A stretch of DNA of 52,695 bases from a virus: the IMG/VR virus record IMGVR_UViG_3300047994_000145. One strand, 5' to 3'. Shown here piece by piece: positions 16,742 to 25,699 of the stretch. The notes below the pieces were generated by a model. The model worked only from the letters and a program-made list of their open reading frames with translations, was not told the DNA's origin and ran no database searches. The position numbers and the translations under genes were made by a program. Within the stretch, counting starts at the first letter, position 1, and every line of letters starts with the position of its first letter.

Positions 16742-17437
16742 ATGAAAGTTCTAACTATAAGTGATACTCAGATCCCATTCGCTCACCCAGACGCCTTAGA
16801 GTTTTGTAAAGCAGTAGCAAAAAAGGAAAAACCAGACTTAATTATCCAAATAGGGGATTTAATTGATATTCATAGCACAAGTGCATACGATCCTGATCCA
16901 GATGGACTATCAGCCGGCGATGAATTAGCGAAAACAAGAGAAGAGCTAAAAGCATGGGCTAAGGTATTTCCTAATATGATTATACTGTTAGGAAATCATG
17001 ATTTAAGGTATCACAAGGCAGCATTAAGGGCTAGAATACCTAGAGATGTTATAAAATCTTTTAGTGATATACTTCAGACTCCTAAAGGCTGGAAGTATGT
17101 AGAAAGCCACGAAGAGGACGGTGTTTTATATCTGCACGGAGATGAATCCACCGGTGTAACTCCAAACGCGAGTATAGACTTAGCAAAAAACTCAATGCAA
17201 TCAGTTGTACACGGTCACTTTCACGTAAATGCGGGAATACAGTATTTCGCTAATAAGAGGCATTTACTATTCGCATTTAACACTGGCTGTCTGACCGACA
17301 CTAAAGCATATGCGTTTAATTATAGCAAGAAAATGATCAAGAAGCCTATTTTAGGGGTAGGAATTATAGAAGATGGAATCCCTAAGTTTATACCATTGCA
17401 ACTAGATTCTAAAGGAAAATGGACTAAAAAGCTCTAA
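16742..17437 (+). CDS. Calcineurin-like metallophosphoesterase
   Basis: Motifs SDTQ, GDLIDIH, GNHD and GHFH. Confidence 0.7.
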   Translation: MKVLTISDTQIPFAHPDALEFCKAVAKKEKPDLIIQIGDLIDIHSTSAYDPDPDGLSAGDELAKTREELKAWAKVFPNMIILLGNHDLRYHKAALRARIPRDVIKSFSDILQTPKGWKYVESHEEDGVLYLHGDESTGVTPNASIDLAKNSMQSVVHGHFHVNAGIQYFANKRHLLFAFNTGCLTDTKAYAFNYSKKMIKKPILGVGIIEDGIPKFIPLQLDSKGKWTKKL

Positions 17438-17458
17438 GATCATATAGATATACAATAG

Positions 17459-17487
17459 TTGACTTTTTAAAAGAGACGGGGTATATT
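17459..17487 (+). promoter_or_regulatory. Sigma70-type promoter (TTGACT-17 nt-TATATT) giving a leaderless transcript
   Basis: The ATG at 17494 lies exactly 6 nt after the -10 box, with no SD. Confidence 0.55.
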
Positions 17488-17493
17488 TATATT

Positions 17494-18012
17494 ATGAATG
17501 CTTGGATGGTAGCTTTAAGCTTTTTTTTAAGTAGTTGCTCCGCAGGTTCCCCTTCACAAGACATGAGGATGTCTCCGCGACAGATGGTAGAAGGAGCAGA
17601 AGTAAAATACGGGATACCTCACGGCCTTTTATCTGCCTTAATAGAGGTAGAGTCTAAATGGAACGTAAAGGCCAAGGTTTTAAAAGACGGAGTATCAAGG
17701 CACACTTCATTTGGCCTCACCCAAATTCAATTAGATTCAGCTTTGTTTGTTCAACGCAAAAAAGCTGAAAGCAATGGTTATAAGATAACCAGGAAAAACA
17801 AAGTAACCGCTAAAGAATTGATGATCCCTGAGATTAACATAGACTACGGAGCTGCGTACTTAAAATGGCTTTTAGTGAGGCATAAAAACAATGTTGCCTG
17901 GGCACTTAGCTGTTATAATGCAGGACCTGGCAGCGGTATATGCAAAGCTAAAAAGTACAGTAATTACGTAGGTCTTATTCTTAATGCTTATGTCGACAAA
18001 ACAGGTAGATGA
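17494..18012 (+). CDS. Lytic transglycosylase (SLT domain), probably a lipoprotein
   Basis: Signal peptide with an LSSC lipobox; EVESKWN catalytic Glu context; GLTQIQ; YNAGPG. Confidence 0.75.
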   Translation: MNAWMVALSFFLSSCSAGSPSQDMRMSPRQMVEGAEVKYGIPHGLLSALIEVESKWNVKAKVLKDGVSRHTSFGLTQIQLDSALFVQRKKAESNGYKITRKNKVTAKELMIPEINIDYGAAYLKWLLVRHKNNVAWALSCYNAGPGSGICKAKKYSNYVGLILNAYVDKTGR

Positions 18013-18431
18013 ACATGTACAGAGATGAGCTTAAGCACTATACCAGGTATGTAAATTCTTTACATAAATTTGCTTATATGTTAGGAATCAAGATAGTATA
18101 CGAAGGCGATGAAGACGGTGTTTACGTACCTTCTCGTAACCTAATAAGAATAAGCCCTGATTTATCCCAGACAGAAGAAGTGGCATCTTTAATTCATGAA
18201 CTCGGTCACGTAATCGACTTTTTGTTCATGCCTAGGAACATAAACACAGAATTGGCTTATTCAAAAATTTACAAGTACAAAGTATCTAAAAATGAGATAA
18301 AATTAGTGGTGAAGTCAGAAAAGTTAGCTTGGAATTTAGGCAGAATTATTGCACGCATACTAGGCATTCCGTTAGGCAAATGGTACACACTTCAAGAAAA
18401 AGAATCTATCAAAGGGTACAAAAAGTCTTGA
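18009..18431 (+). CDS. ImmA/IrrE-like zinc metallopeptidase
   Basis: HELGHVIDF (HExxH) in a protein of about 140 aa. Confidence 0.55.
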   Translation: MNMYRDELKHYTRYVNSLHKFAYMLGIKIVYEGDEDGVYVPSRNLIRISPDLSQTEEVASLIHELGHVIDFLFMPRNINTELAYSKIYKYKVSKNEIKLVVKSEKLAWNLGRIIARILGIPLGKWYTLQEKESIKGYKKS

Positions 18432-18456
18432 CTTAAAATTTTAGTTGTGGTAATCT
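18428..18456 (+). promoter_or_regulatory. Sigma70-type promoter (TTGACT-17 nt-TAATCT, with TGg extended -10) giving a leaderless transcript
   Basis: The -35 box contains the upstream TGA stop. The ATG at 18463 lies 6 nt after the -10 box. Confidence 0.5.
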
Positions 18457-18462
18457 TAAATT

Positions 18463-18696
18463 ATGAAGACGCCGCTTTATGTAACAATTGAGGACTATGT
18501 ATCACTCCAAAGAAACGGAATAACGATAAACCTTCCTCAAAACTCATTCGTTAGACCAATTAAATACAGCTATGTACCCGAACATGTAAAAGAAAGAGAT
18601 GGATACGATTGGTTTAATCCAGAGGAATACGTTTATGTTTACTGTCACTACGGTATTTTGCCTCTAAGATGGGAAATACTTAGAAAGGATGAGTAA
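18463..18696 (+). CDS. Hypothetical protein (77 aa)
   Basis: ORF track; no SD, consistent with a leaderless start. Confidence 0.5.
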   Translation: MKTPLYVTIEDYVSLQRNGITINLPQNSFVRPIKYSYVPEHVKERDGYDWFNPEEYVYVYCHYGILPLRWEILRKDE

Positions 18697-18697
18697 C

Positions 18698-19267
18698 ATG
18701 CTAAAACGAAGAGAGATGGAGTTTAAATACAGAGCAGTGGTTGATGTTGAGGAATTCAATAAATTCTGCGATGTTATATTTGGAGAATGTAAATCCTATA
18801 CTGTATTTGGAGAGGATAAGTTCTTTTTTGACCCATCTAAACCTGACACGTTCTACCGGTATAGAACAGACAACAATCACACCTCCCAGATGACTTTTAA
18901 GAGAAAAACAACAAGTGATAACAACTATATAAGGGAAGAGCATAATATAGACTTAGCACCAACATGTACTTATGAACAAATCGCAGACTTATTGGAAAGC
19001 CAAGGTTATAAGTACAACACTTCTGTGCATAAAATCTCGTTTGTACATGTTTATGAGTCCTTTGTACTGTCTTATTACTTAGTTATGGATAAAAACTTAA
19101 ATCATTTGGATAAATTCATAGAAATCGAGATGAGAGAGGATATAGCATGGAAAAATGAGAAAGAACCTTGGTATATGCTGGTTACTCTAGAAAAATTATG
19201 TAAAACTATAGGAATCTCTGAAGAGAGCAGACAAAGTAAATCGTTATTTGAAATGTATAAGGAATAG
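18698..19267 (+). CDS. CYTH-domain protein (triphosphate tunnel metalloenzyme, CyaB-like)
   Basis: N-terminal ExExK (EMEFK); YRYR; MTFKRK; IREEHNI; FIEIEM. Start taken at the second ATG, which is preceded by AAGGA. Confidence 0.65.
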   Translation: MLKRREMEFKYRAVVDVEEFNKFCDVIFGECKSYTVFGEDKFFFDPSKPDTFYRYRTDNNHTSQMTFKRKTTSDNNYIREEHNIDLAPTCTYEQIADLLESQGYKYNTSVHKISFVHVYESFVLSYYLVMDKNLNHLDKFIEIEMREDIAWKNEKEPWYMLVTLEKLCKTIGISEESRQSKSLFEMYKE

Positions 19268-19320
19268 ATTCCCAAAAAATGCCTTATAACTGCATTATTC
19301 GAAAAATAGAAGGAGTAAAT

Positions 19321-19881
19321 ATGAAAATAATAGGACTAACTGGAAATATGGGATGTGGCAAAACTACAGTGTGTAATATTATTACTGATTTTTCTCGTAT
19401 CCCTGTAATAAAGACTAAATTTGCTAAGCCTTTGTATGATATGCAAGAAATGCTCTATAACAGCATTAGTTCTGTTTATACCAGGCCTTACACTTTTGTC
19501 AAAGACCGCAAATTATTGCAATTTTTAGGCACCGACTGGGGTAGGGAGGTGTTAGGACCGGATATTTGGGTTAACCTGTGGAAAAATCGGCTCGAAGAAG
19601 TAGAACTAAGCATGGAAGAAATGAACATTTCTAATTATATTGTGCTTGTAGATGATGTTAGATTTGACAATGAAGCGGTAGCGGTTACTGAAAGAAATGG
19701 AATTGTACTGAGCATCAATAGAACAAAAGAAAAAAATGTAGTTGGTGCAGAATTAACTAGACACAAGAGTGAAAATGGTATAGACTTTAAGTATGTTGAT
19801 TATGTTGTTGATAACAACGGCACAATTGACGATTTAGGAGAAGCGATACTCACACTCAACTCTAAATGTTGGTTGTGGTAG
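19321..19881 (+). CDS. P-loop nucleotide kinase (dNMP-kinase or dephospho-CoA-kinase-like)
   Basis: MKIIGLTGNMGCGKTT Walker A at the N-terminus; AAGGAG RBS. Confidence 0.55.
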   Translation: MKIIGLTGNMGCGKTTVCNIITDFSRIPVIKTKFAKPLYDMQEMLYNSISSVYTRPYTFVKDRKLLQFLGTDWGREVLGPDIWVNLWKNRLEEVELSMEEMNISNYIVLVDDVRFDNEAVAVTERNGIVLSINRTKEKNVVGAELTRHKSENGIDFKYVDYVVDNNGTIDDLGEAILTLNSKCWLW

Positions 19882-19905
19882 AAAACTAAGAAAAGGAGAG
19901 ATAAA

Positions 19906-20424
19906 ATGGGTTTTGAATATGATGACGGAAGTACAAGTATTGTAGTGTTAGGTGGGGTAGATAAAAAGACTGGAAAGAAAAATCCCACTGAGCTGATTGG
20001 ATATTTTCTCAAGAGCGAGACGATTAACACTAAGTTTGGCGAAAAGCCTCTGTATGTGTTTAAGACGTCCACAGGCACTAAGGCGATCATTGGAACGGGT
20101 AACCTTAATAAGATTATGGCATCTAAGGTCCCAGGATTACTAACTCACGTTATCGACACCGGTGAAAAAAGGGACGTGGGCAAAGGAAATCCTATGAAGG
20201 TGTTTAGGGTAGGACAAGACCCATCTGACAGCATGGATGCTCCTAGAGCTCAAGAGGCATCATTTGAAGAAGTCGCAGATGAAGAGGTATCGTCCTTAGA
20301 AGAGGAGACGGTAGAAGAGCTGCCTGCTTCCCCTACCCCTCCAGCTCAGCCCGCTAAGACACCAAGTGCAGATAAGCAAGCTCAGCTCCGCGCACTTTTG
20401 AATAAAGCAAAAGCATCTAAGTAG
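19906..20424 (+). CDS. Hypothetical replication-module protein with an acidic, Pro-rich tail; possible ssDNA-binding protein
   Basis: The SSB call rests only on position (before the primase/helicase) and the acidic C-terminal third. No motif was recognised. Confidence 0.3.
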   Translation: MGFEYDDGSTSIVVLGGVDKKTGKKNPTELIGYFLKSETINTKFGEKPLYVFKTSTGTKAIIGTGNLNKIMASKVPGLLTHVIDTGEKRDVGKGNPMKVFRVGQDPSDSMDAPRAQEASFEEVADEEVSSLEEETVEELPASPTPPAQPAKTPSADKQAQLRALLNKAKASK

Positions 20425-20451
20425 TGTAAATCCTTAGTCATTGAACTGAGG

Positions 20452-20482
20452 CGGGGAAGGGATCGCAACTTCCCCGATTTTA
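20452..20482 (+). terminator. Hairpin terminator (CGGGGAAG/CTTCCCCG followed by ATTTTA)
   Basis: 8-bp GC-rich stem, 9-nt loop, short T-tract. Confidence 0.5.
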
Positions 20483-20496
20483 AGGGAGGACTTTTA

Positions 20497-22311
20497 ATGC
20501 TTATTTACAGATGTATTCTTCCTGATTGGAAGCTTAAAGAGAGTCCTGAGCTTAAAAAGGTTGAAGAAGGAGCATTCTCGGAAGAAGATATAAAGAGTTT
20601 AAATGAAAAAGGCTATAATATATACTATCTACCTAATTTTCCTAGCTTATATGAAGGTGGCACCGTTGATGGATTTCACATAGACACCTTTAACTATGTT
20701 TTTGTAGATATGGACCTAAAGGACGGACACTACAAGACAAAAGAGGACTTCTATGAAGCTTTAGGTTCGTTTCCTCTTGAGCCTTCAATGATCGTAGATT
20801 CCGGCAACGGTGTACATGCCTATTGGAAGGTCTTAGATTTAGATGCTATAAGCTATTTAAAGCTCTCTAGACGCCTCATGAGGTGGTTTAACACAGATGA
20901 GGCTGTAGGCCAGATTTATCAGCTAATGAGAGCGCCAGACACTATAAACACCAAGGTAAAAGGGGATTTTAAACTTTGTGAACCTGTTTTTGTATCAAAA
21001 AATGTATATACTTGTGAGGAATTATCAAAGAATCTTCCTTTATTATCGCCACTAGATGAACAGTTTTGTACAACACATTACGAAAAAACCTATAGACTAA
21101 ACAAAGAGATTAAAATTGATGATAAACTGCCCTCAAAGTTCAGTAGAATGCTGTTAGAAAACGAAGAGATAAAAGATATATGGCAAGGTAAATCGGATAA
21201 CAGAAGTAAAGCAGACTTTAGATTAGGGCATTTACTATTCGCTAATGGGTTTAAGAAAGAAGAGGCTGCTAGTGTTTTAGTCAATACAGCAAAAGCACTT
21301 GCAAGAGCACCGATACATCGTCTCAGCTATGCAATGAATATAATTGATAAAATATGGACTTATGAAGACACTAGCAACAAAGTAAAACTGTATGAAGACG
21401 TGGAAGATATTCTAGCAAGAAATGCAGAAGAAAGTACAAGCAAGAAATTCAAATGTCATCCTTTGATAGATGGTGTAAATTCAGGATTCTCGCTAGGGCA
21501 AGTATTAGGGCTGGTGGGAGGTGCAGGTTCGGGTAAAACTACATTTTCTTTAAATTTCTTTAAATGGTTTGTAGAACGTAACCCTGATTATATACATTTT
21601 TATGTGAGTTTGGAGCAACCTGTAGATGAAATAGCCAAGCGGTGGAGAACATTGTGCCAAGATAACACTAATTTAAATCGTAAAGTGAAGATTTTAGGTA
21701 ATTATAATCAGGACGGAACGTATCGTAATCTATCATTATTAGAGATAAAGGTTGCTCTGAAGGAATTTGAAGCGGAGACAGGTAGCAAAGTAGGATGTGT
21801 AGTTTTAGATCACATTGGCATATTAAACAAGAATCTTAAGAATGGAGAAACACAAGGGCTAATCGAGATATGCCAAAATCTCAAATCTTTTGCAATAGAA
21901 ACAAATACTTTCTTTATTATACAATCTCAGACAACTAGAGAGAAGGCAGGTATTGGAGATTTAGAGCTCAACAAAGATGCAGCCTTTGGAACAACTACTT
22001 TCGAATGGTATGTTGACTTTTTGATGACAATATGGCAACCTTTAAAGAGAGTATACGACGTGGCACCCAACATGACAGTAATGGCTTTTAAATACTGCAA
22101 GATTAGGCATAAGAACGTTAAACTGGATAAGGTAAAGGAAGATCAGAGGTATCTGTTAATGTTTGATCCTATGAACGAAAACTTAAGATCTTTAACTAAG
22201 GATGAAAAAACTTCGTTTGAGTTCTTTAATAATCGTGCTACTAACTTAAGGAAACAGGATCGTAAAACTGATGTGTTAGAATACAAAACAACTGATTGGA
22301 CTAAGGAATAA
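20497..22311 (+). CDS. Bifunctional primase-polymerase (AEP) / DnaB-like helicase
   Basis: N-terminus: VFVDMDLKD and DSGNGVHAYW (AEP motifs). C-terminus: GLVGGAGSGKTT (Walker A) and VVLDHIG (Walker B). Confidence 0.8.
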   Translation: MLIYRCILPDWKLKESPELKKVEEGAFSEEDIKSLNEKGYNIYYLPNFPSLYEGGTVDGFHIDTFNYVFVDMDLKDGHYKTKEDFYEALGSFPLEPSMIVDSGNGVHAYWKVLDLDAISYLKLSRRLMRWFNTDEAVGQIYQLMRAPDTINTKVKGDFKLCEPVFVSKNVYTCEELSKNLPLLSPLDEQFCTTHYEKTYRLNKEIKIDDKLPSKFSRMLLENEEIKDIWQGKSDNRSKADFRLGHLLFANGFKKEEAASVLVNTAKALARAPIHRLSYAMNIIDKIWTYEDTSNKVKLYEDVEDILARNAEESTSKKFKCHPLIDGVNSGFSLGQVLGLVGGAGSGKTTFSLNFFKWFVERNPDYIHFYVSLEQPVDEIAKRWRTLCQDNTNLNRKVKILGNYNQDGTYRNLSLLEIKVALKEFEAETGSKVGCVVLDHIGILNKNLKNGETQGLIEICQNLKSFAIETNTFFIIQSQTTREKAGIGDLELNKDAAFGTTTFEWYVDFLMTIWQPLKRVYDVAPNMTVMAFKYCKIRHKNVKLDKVKEDQRYLLMFDPMNENLRSLTKDEKTSFEFFNNRATNLRKQDRKTDVLEYKTTDWTKE

Positions 22312-22312
22312 C

Positions 22313-24418
22313 ATGGAAAATCTTATTCTGATAAAAACTGTTGAAGGCCTAGAACCTTTGATTCGTTATATAAATGATAACGAATACATAGCGTTCGACA
22401 CAGAGACCACAGGAGTACACTCAGAAGCTTCTATAATAGGGTTTTCTGTATCTGCAGACGAAACCACCGGGTATTATGTGGTGCTATCTCAATGGGATAA
22501 GGAACAACAAAAACTAATAGATTTAGAGACCAAAGCCGCATCCTGTGAGGTGTTAAAATTGTTAGTAGGTAAATCCTTAATAATGCACAATGCACCATTT
22601 GACTGTATGATGGTTAAAAGCAACTATGGCATAGAACTCATGGACTCTTTACATACAGACACCATGATACTAGCTCATTTAGTGGATGAAAACAGAATGG
22701 TGGGTTTAAAAGAGCTAGGCGTGAGCATGTTTGGTCAAAGTGCTAAATCTGAGCAGGCGGCAATGAAGCAAAGCGTGGAGGCTAATGGTGGTAAATTAAC
22801 CAAAAAAGATTATGAGATGTATAAGGCTGATGCTGACCTGATGGGGCGATACGGAGCAAAGGATGCCATCTTAACTATAAAGCTATTTTATATCCTCACA
22901 GATAAGCTAATAGAGCAAGGGCTATTTGACTTTTTCTATAAAGAAGAGTCCATGCCTTTACTGAGAGGGCCGACTTATCAGTTAAACACTACCGGCATCA
23001 AAGTGAATATAGATCGATTAAACAAGTTAAAGGCTGATTTAGAGATAGAAAACGCAGAATTGTATCAAAAGATATACGAAGAGATTACACCATTTGTAAT
23101 TGAAAAATACCCAGGAACCAAGAAATCTAACGTTTTTAACATAGGATCATCTAAGCAAATAGCGTGGCTTGTGTTTGAAGTTTTAGGCAGTTTATTCGAT
23201 CACCTCACCGGTGAAGGCAGAAAGGTATGCACTGACACGTTAGGATGTAAAATACCCTACAATAACAAAGCTAAAAGGGATCTTATCGAATTACTTAAAA
23301 GCTACAACGGGCACGTGTACAAACCAGGTGCGCTTAGCAGCAAAACAGGTCGCATGACTGGGGAAAGTAAAATTAGAGACTATTGGAATTATCTAGCATG
23401 CGATGCCTACACTCTTAAGAAACTTTCTAAAAAATACGAATGGGTGGGAAATTTACTTAAGTATAATAAAAACAATAAGTTATTAAGTACCTACATAACA
23501 GGAGTCAAGGATAAGCTTGAATATGGTGTTATTAGATCAAGCTTCTTGCAACATGGAACAACATCCGGACGGTATTCCAGTCGAAATATTAACTTTCAAA
23601 ATTTACCTAGGGATGATAAACGCATTAAGTCCTGCTTTGTATCCCGCCCAGGTAAAGTGTTTGTGGGCGAAGACTATAGTCAACTCGAGCCTAGGGTGTT
23701 TGCATCTGTCAGCCAAGACGAGAAGCTGATGGACTGTTTTAAGAGCGGCGATGATTTCTATTCAACTATTGGTATTAGCGTTTTCGATAAATATGACGCT
23801 TCTCCTAATAAGGAAGCAGATAATGCTTTTGCAAAGAAGTATCCTGAACTTAGACAGATTTCAAAAGTCATTGCATTATCAGCTACTTACGGAACTACAG
23901 CCGGTAAAATGGCACCTTTACTAGATAAAGATATAGAAGAAGCTAAGGAAATTATTGAGAATTACTTTGAACGTTTTCCTAAGGTAAAAAGTTTTATGTT
24001 AAGCTGTCATGCTCAGGCTATGAACGAAGGTATTGTTTATAGCTTATATGGAAGGCCTAGAAGAATGCCAGATGCTAAGAACTTCTATGCCATATACGGG
24101 AAGGCAAGACACGAAGAATTGCCCTATACAGCCCGTAATCTGCTCAACCTTAGTGTAAACCACCGGGTTCAGTCTACTGCGGCAAGCATAGTTAACAGAG
24201 CTATGATTGCATTCTATAATAGGATTCGAGAAGAAAATATTCAAGATTGTCAAATAGTTATGCAAGTGCATGATGAAGTGATTGTAGAATGTTTAGAACA
24301 AGACGCAGAAAGAGTTAAAATAATCTTGCAAGAGTGTATGGCGAACACCACCAAATTACCCGGTGTTGCTTTAACAGGCGAAGCTAAGATCGCCAAAAAC
24401 CTAGGTGACCTAAAATAA
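22313..24418 (+). CDS. Family A DNA polymerase with 3'-5' exonuclease
   Basis: Exo I AFDTETTG; Exo II HNAPFD; Exo III YGAKDA; Pol A DYSQLEPRV; Pol B RQISKVIALSATYG; Pol C QVHDEV. Confidence 0.92.
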   Translation: MENLILIKTVEGLEPLIRYINDNEYIAFDTETTGVHSEASIIGFSVSADETTGYYVVLSQWDKEQQKLIDLETKAASCEVLKLLVGKSLIMHNAPFDCMMVKSNYGIELMDSLHTDTMILAHLVDENRMVGLKELGVSMFGQSAKSEQAAMKQSVEANGGKLTKKDYEMYKADADLMGRYGAKDAILTIKLFYILTDKLIEQGLFDFFYKEESMPLLRGPTYQLNTTGIKVNIDRLNKLKADLEIENAELYQKIYEEITPFVIEKYPGTKKSNVFNIGSSKQIAWLVFEVLGSLFDHLTGEGRKVCTDTLGCKIPYNNKAKRDLIELLKSYNGHVYKPGALSSKTGRMTGESKIRDYWNYLACDAYTLKKLSKKYEWVGNLLKYNKNNKLLSTYITGVKDKLEYGVIRSSFLQHGTTSGRYSSRNINFQNLPRDDKRIKSCFVSRPGKVFVGEDYSQLEPRVFASVSQDEKLMDCFKSGDDFYSTIGISVFDKYDASPNKEADNAFAKKYPELRQISKVIALSATYGTTAGKMAPLLDKDIEEAKEIIENYFERFPKVKSFMLSCHAQAMNEGIVYSLYGRPRRMPDAKNFYAIYGKARHEELPYTARNLLNLSVNHRVQSTAASIVNRAMIAFYNRIREENIQDCQIVMQVHDEVIVECLEQDAERVKIILQECMANTTKLPGVALTGEAKIAKNLGDLK

Positions 24419-24427
24419 GGAGATAAT

Positions 24428-25318
24428 ATGTATTTATATGCACTGTCGATTCTATGGCCAATTGTAAAGAAAAAAAAGAAGCTAACTGCTTATGTGTTAA
24501 TGAGCTTATTGGCTCTAATCGCACTTTCGGTTGCTTTTAACAAATGGCGCGGTTTCTTTTATGATAACATACAGTTATACAACGTTAAGAACGTTTGGAT
24601 TGGGATAGGTGTGTTTATCGTACTAGCATTAATCAACGTGGTTGTTTACGGAATATCTTCTTATTACACAAGATTTTTAGAATTCAGCATCCGAGAATCT
24701 TTGTACCATACGCTATGTGATAAGATAATGGGCTCAGACGTTCCTAATAAAGACCAGCGATTACAAGAAGATACTCTTAGATTTGGACGCACTATTCTTG
24801 CTTTAATTAAAGCGGTAGTAGATTCAGTGGTTAGACTACCTGTATTTTTAATCGTATTATGGTCGGTAGCTCCTTTTTGGATGGTGATCGTGTCCGTTGT
24901 ATATGCTGTAATAGGCACTTTGGGTAGTAGAAAAGTAGCTGCTAGACTAGTGGACTTAGAATACATACAAGAAGCGAAGGAAGCAACTTTGAGAAGAAAT
25001 ATTATTAAGGCTGTGGAGGAAACCACCGCTTTCCCGACTTTGGATGAGATCAAAGAAAACTGGACAGCCTTAGCAGTGAGAAATAAGCTTCTCAGCTATT
25101 ACACTAGCTTTTACGGACAAATAGCTGTTATATTCCCGTACGTTATGTTGTTGCCTATGTACCTACACCACGCAATAATGCTAGGAGTATTGTTTCAGAC
25201 CAGTAGCGCCATCGAACAAGTGTTATCAAGTTTAAGTGTTTTTGTTGATAGCAGGGATCTCGTAGTTGATTTGCAAATGATTACAAAACGTATTAAAGAA
25301 TTAGATAAAAAAGCTTGA
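24428..25318 (+). CDS. SbmA/BacA-like integral membrane protein (ABC-type transmembrane-domain fold, no ATPase domain)
   Basis: Multiple TM segments. NKDQRLQEDTLRFGRT resembles the SbmA_BacA signature as I recall it from E. coli SbmA (QRVQEDTMRF). The C-terminal amphipathic helix is also similar. Confidence 0.5.
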   Translation: MYLYALSILWPIVKKKKKLTAYVLMSLLALIALSVAFNKWRGFFYDNIQLYNVKNVWIGIGVFIVLALINVVVYGISSYYTRFLEFSIRESLYHTLCDKIMGSDVPNKDQRLQEDTLRFGRTILALIKAVVDSVVRLPVFLIVLWSVAPFWMVIVSVVYAVIGTLGSRKVAARLVDLEYIQEAKEATLRRNIIKAVEETTAFPTLDEIKENWTALAVRNKLLSYYTSFYGQIAVIFPYVMLLPMYLHHAIMLGVLFQTSSAIEQVLSSLSVFVDSRDLVVDLQMITKRIKELDKKA

Positions 25319-25343
25319 CTTTTTACATAAACTGTGATATAGA
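25315..25343 (+). promoter_or_regulatory. Sigma70-type promoter (TTGACT-17 nt-TATAGA, with TGa extended -10)
   Basis: The -35 box contains the TGA stop of 24428..25318. Confidence 0.5.
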
Positions 25344-25360
25344 TAATAATAGAGGTTAAA

Positions 25361-25699
25361 ATGAAAAATAAAATTATTAGGTTCTTTAATTTTTGCAGAG
25401 GATTTTTTCCAGCAAAGTTACCTACAGGGGTGGCAGAGTTTCATGCATGGGCTGACAAGTTTATTGCAACTTATAGCCTTCCAACCAAAGATGTTGATTC
25501 TATTAAGTTTATTATGGCTGCTGAACTTATTAATCTCAGACCTACTACTTTTAGGCAGTCGTATAGACACTTTTATAGCATCATTCATACCGCAGCAACT
25601 AAACAGTTAGCTTCTGCAGTATTTACTGAAATTAAAACAAGACAAAAAGAAGCCGCCAAGGCTGCAGAAGAGGCCATTAAAAATGAACAGTCAAAATAA
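25361..25699 (+). CDS. Hypothetical protein (112 aa)
   Basis: AGAGG RBS; ORF track. Confidence 0.6.
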   Translation: MKNKIIRFFNFCRGFFPAKLPTGVAEFHAWADKFIATYSLPTKDVDSIKFIMAAELINLRPTTFRQSYRHFYSIIHTAATKQLASAVFTEIKTRQKEAAKAAEEAIKNEQSK

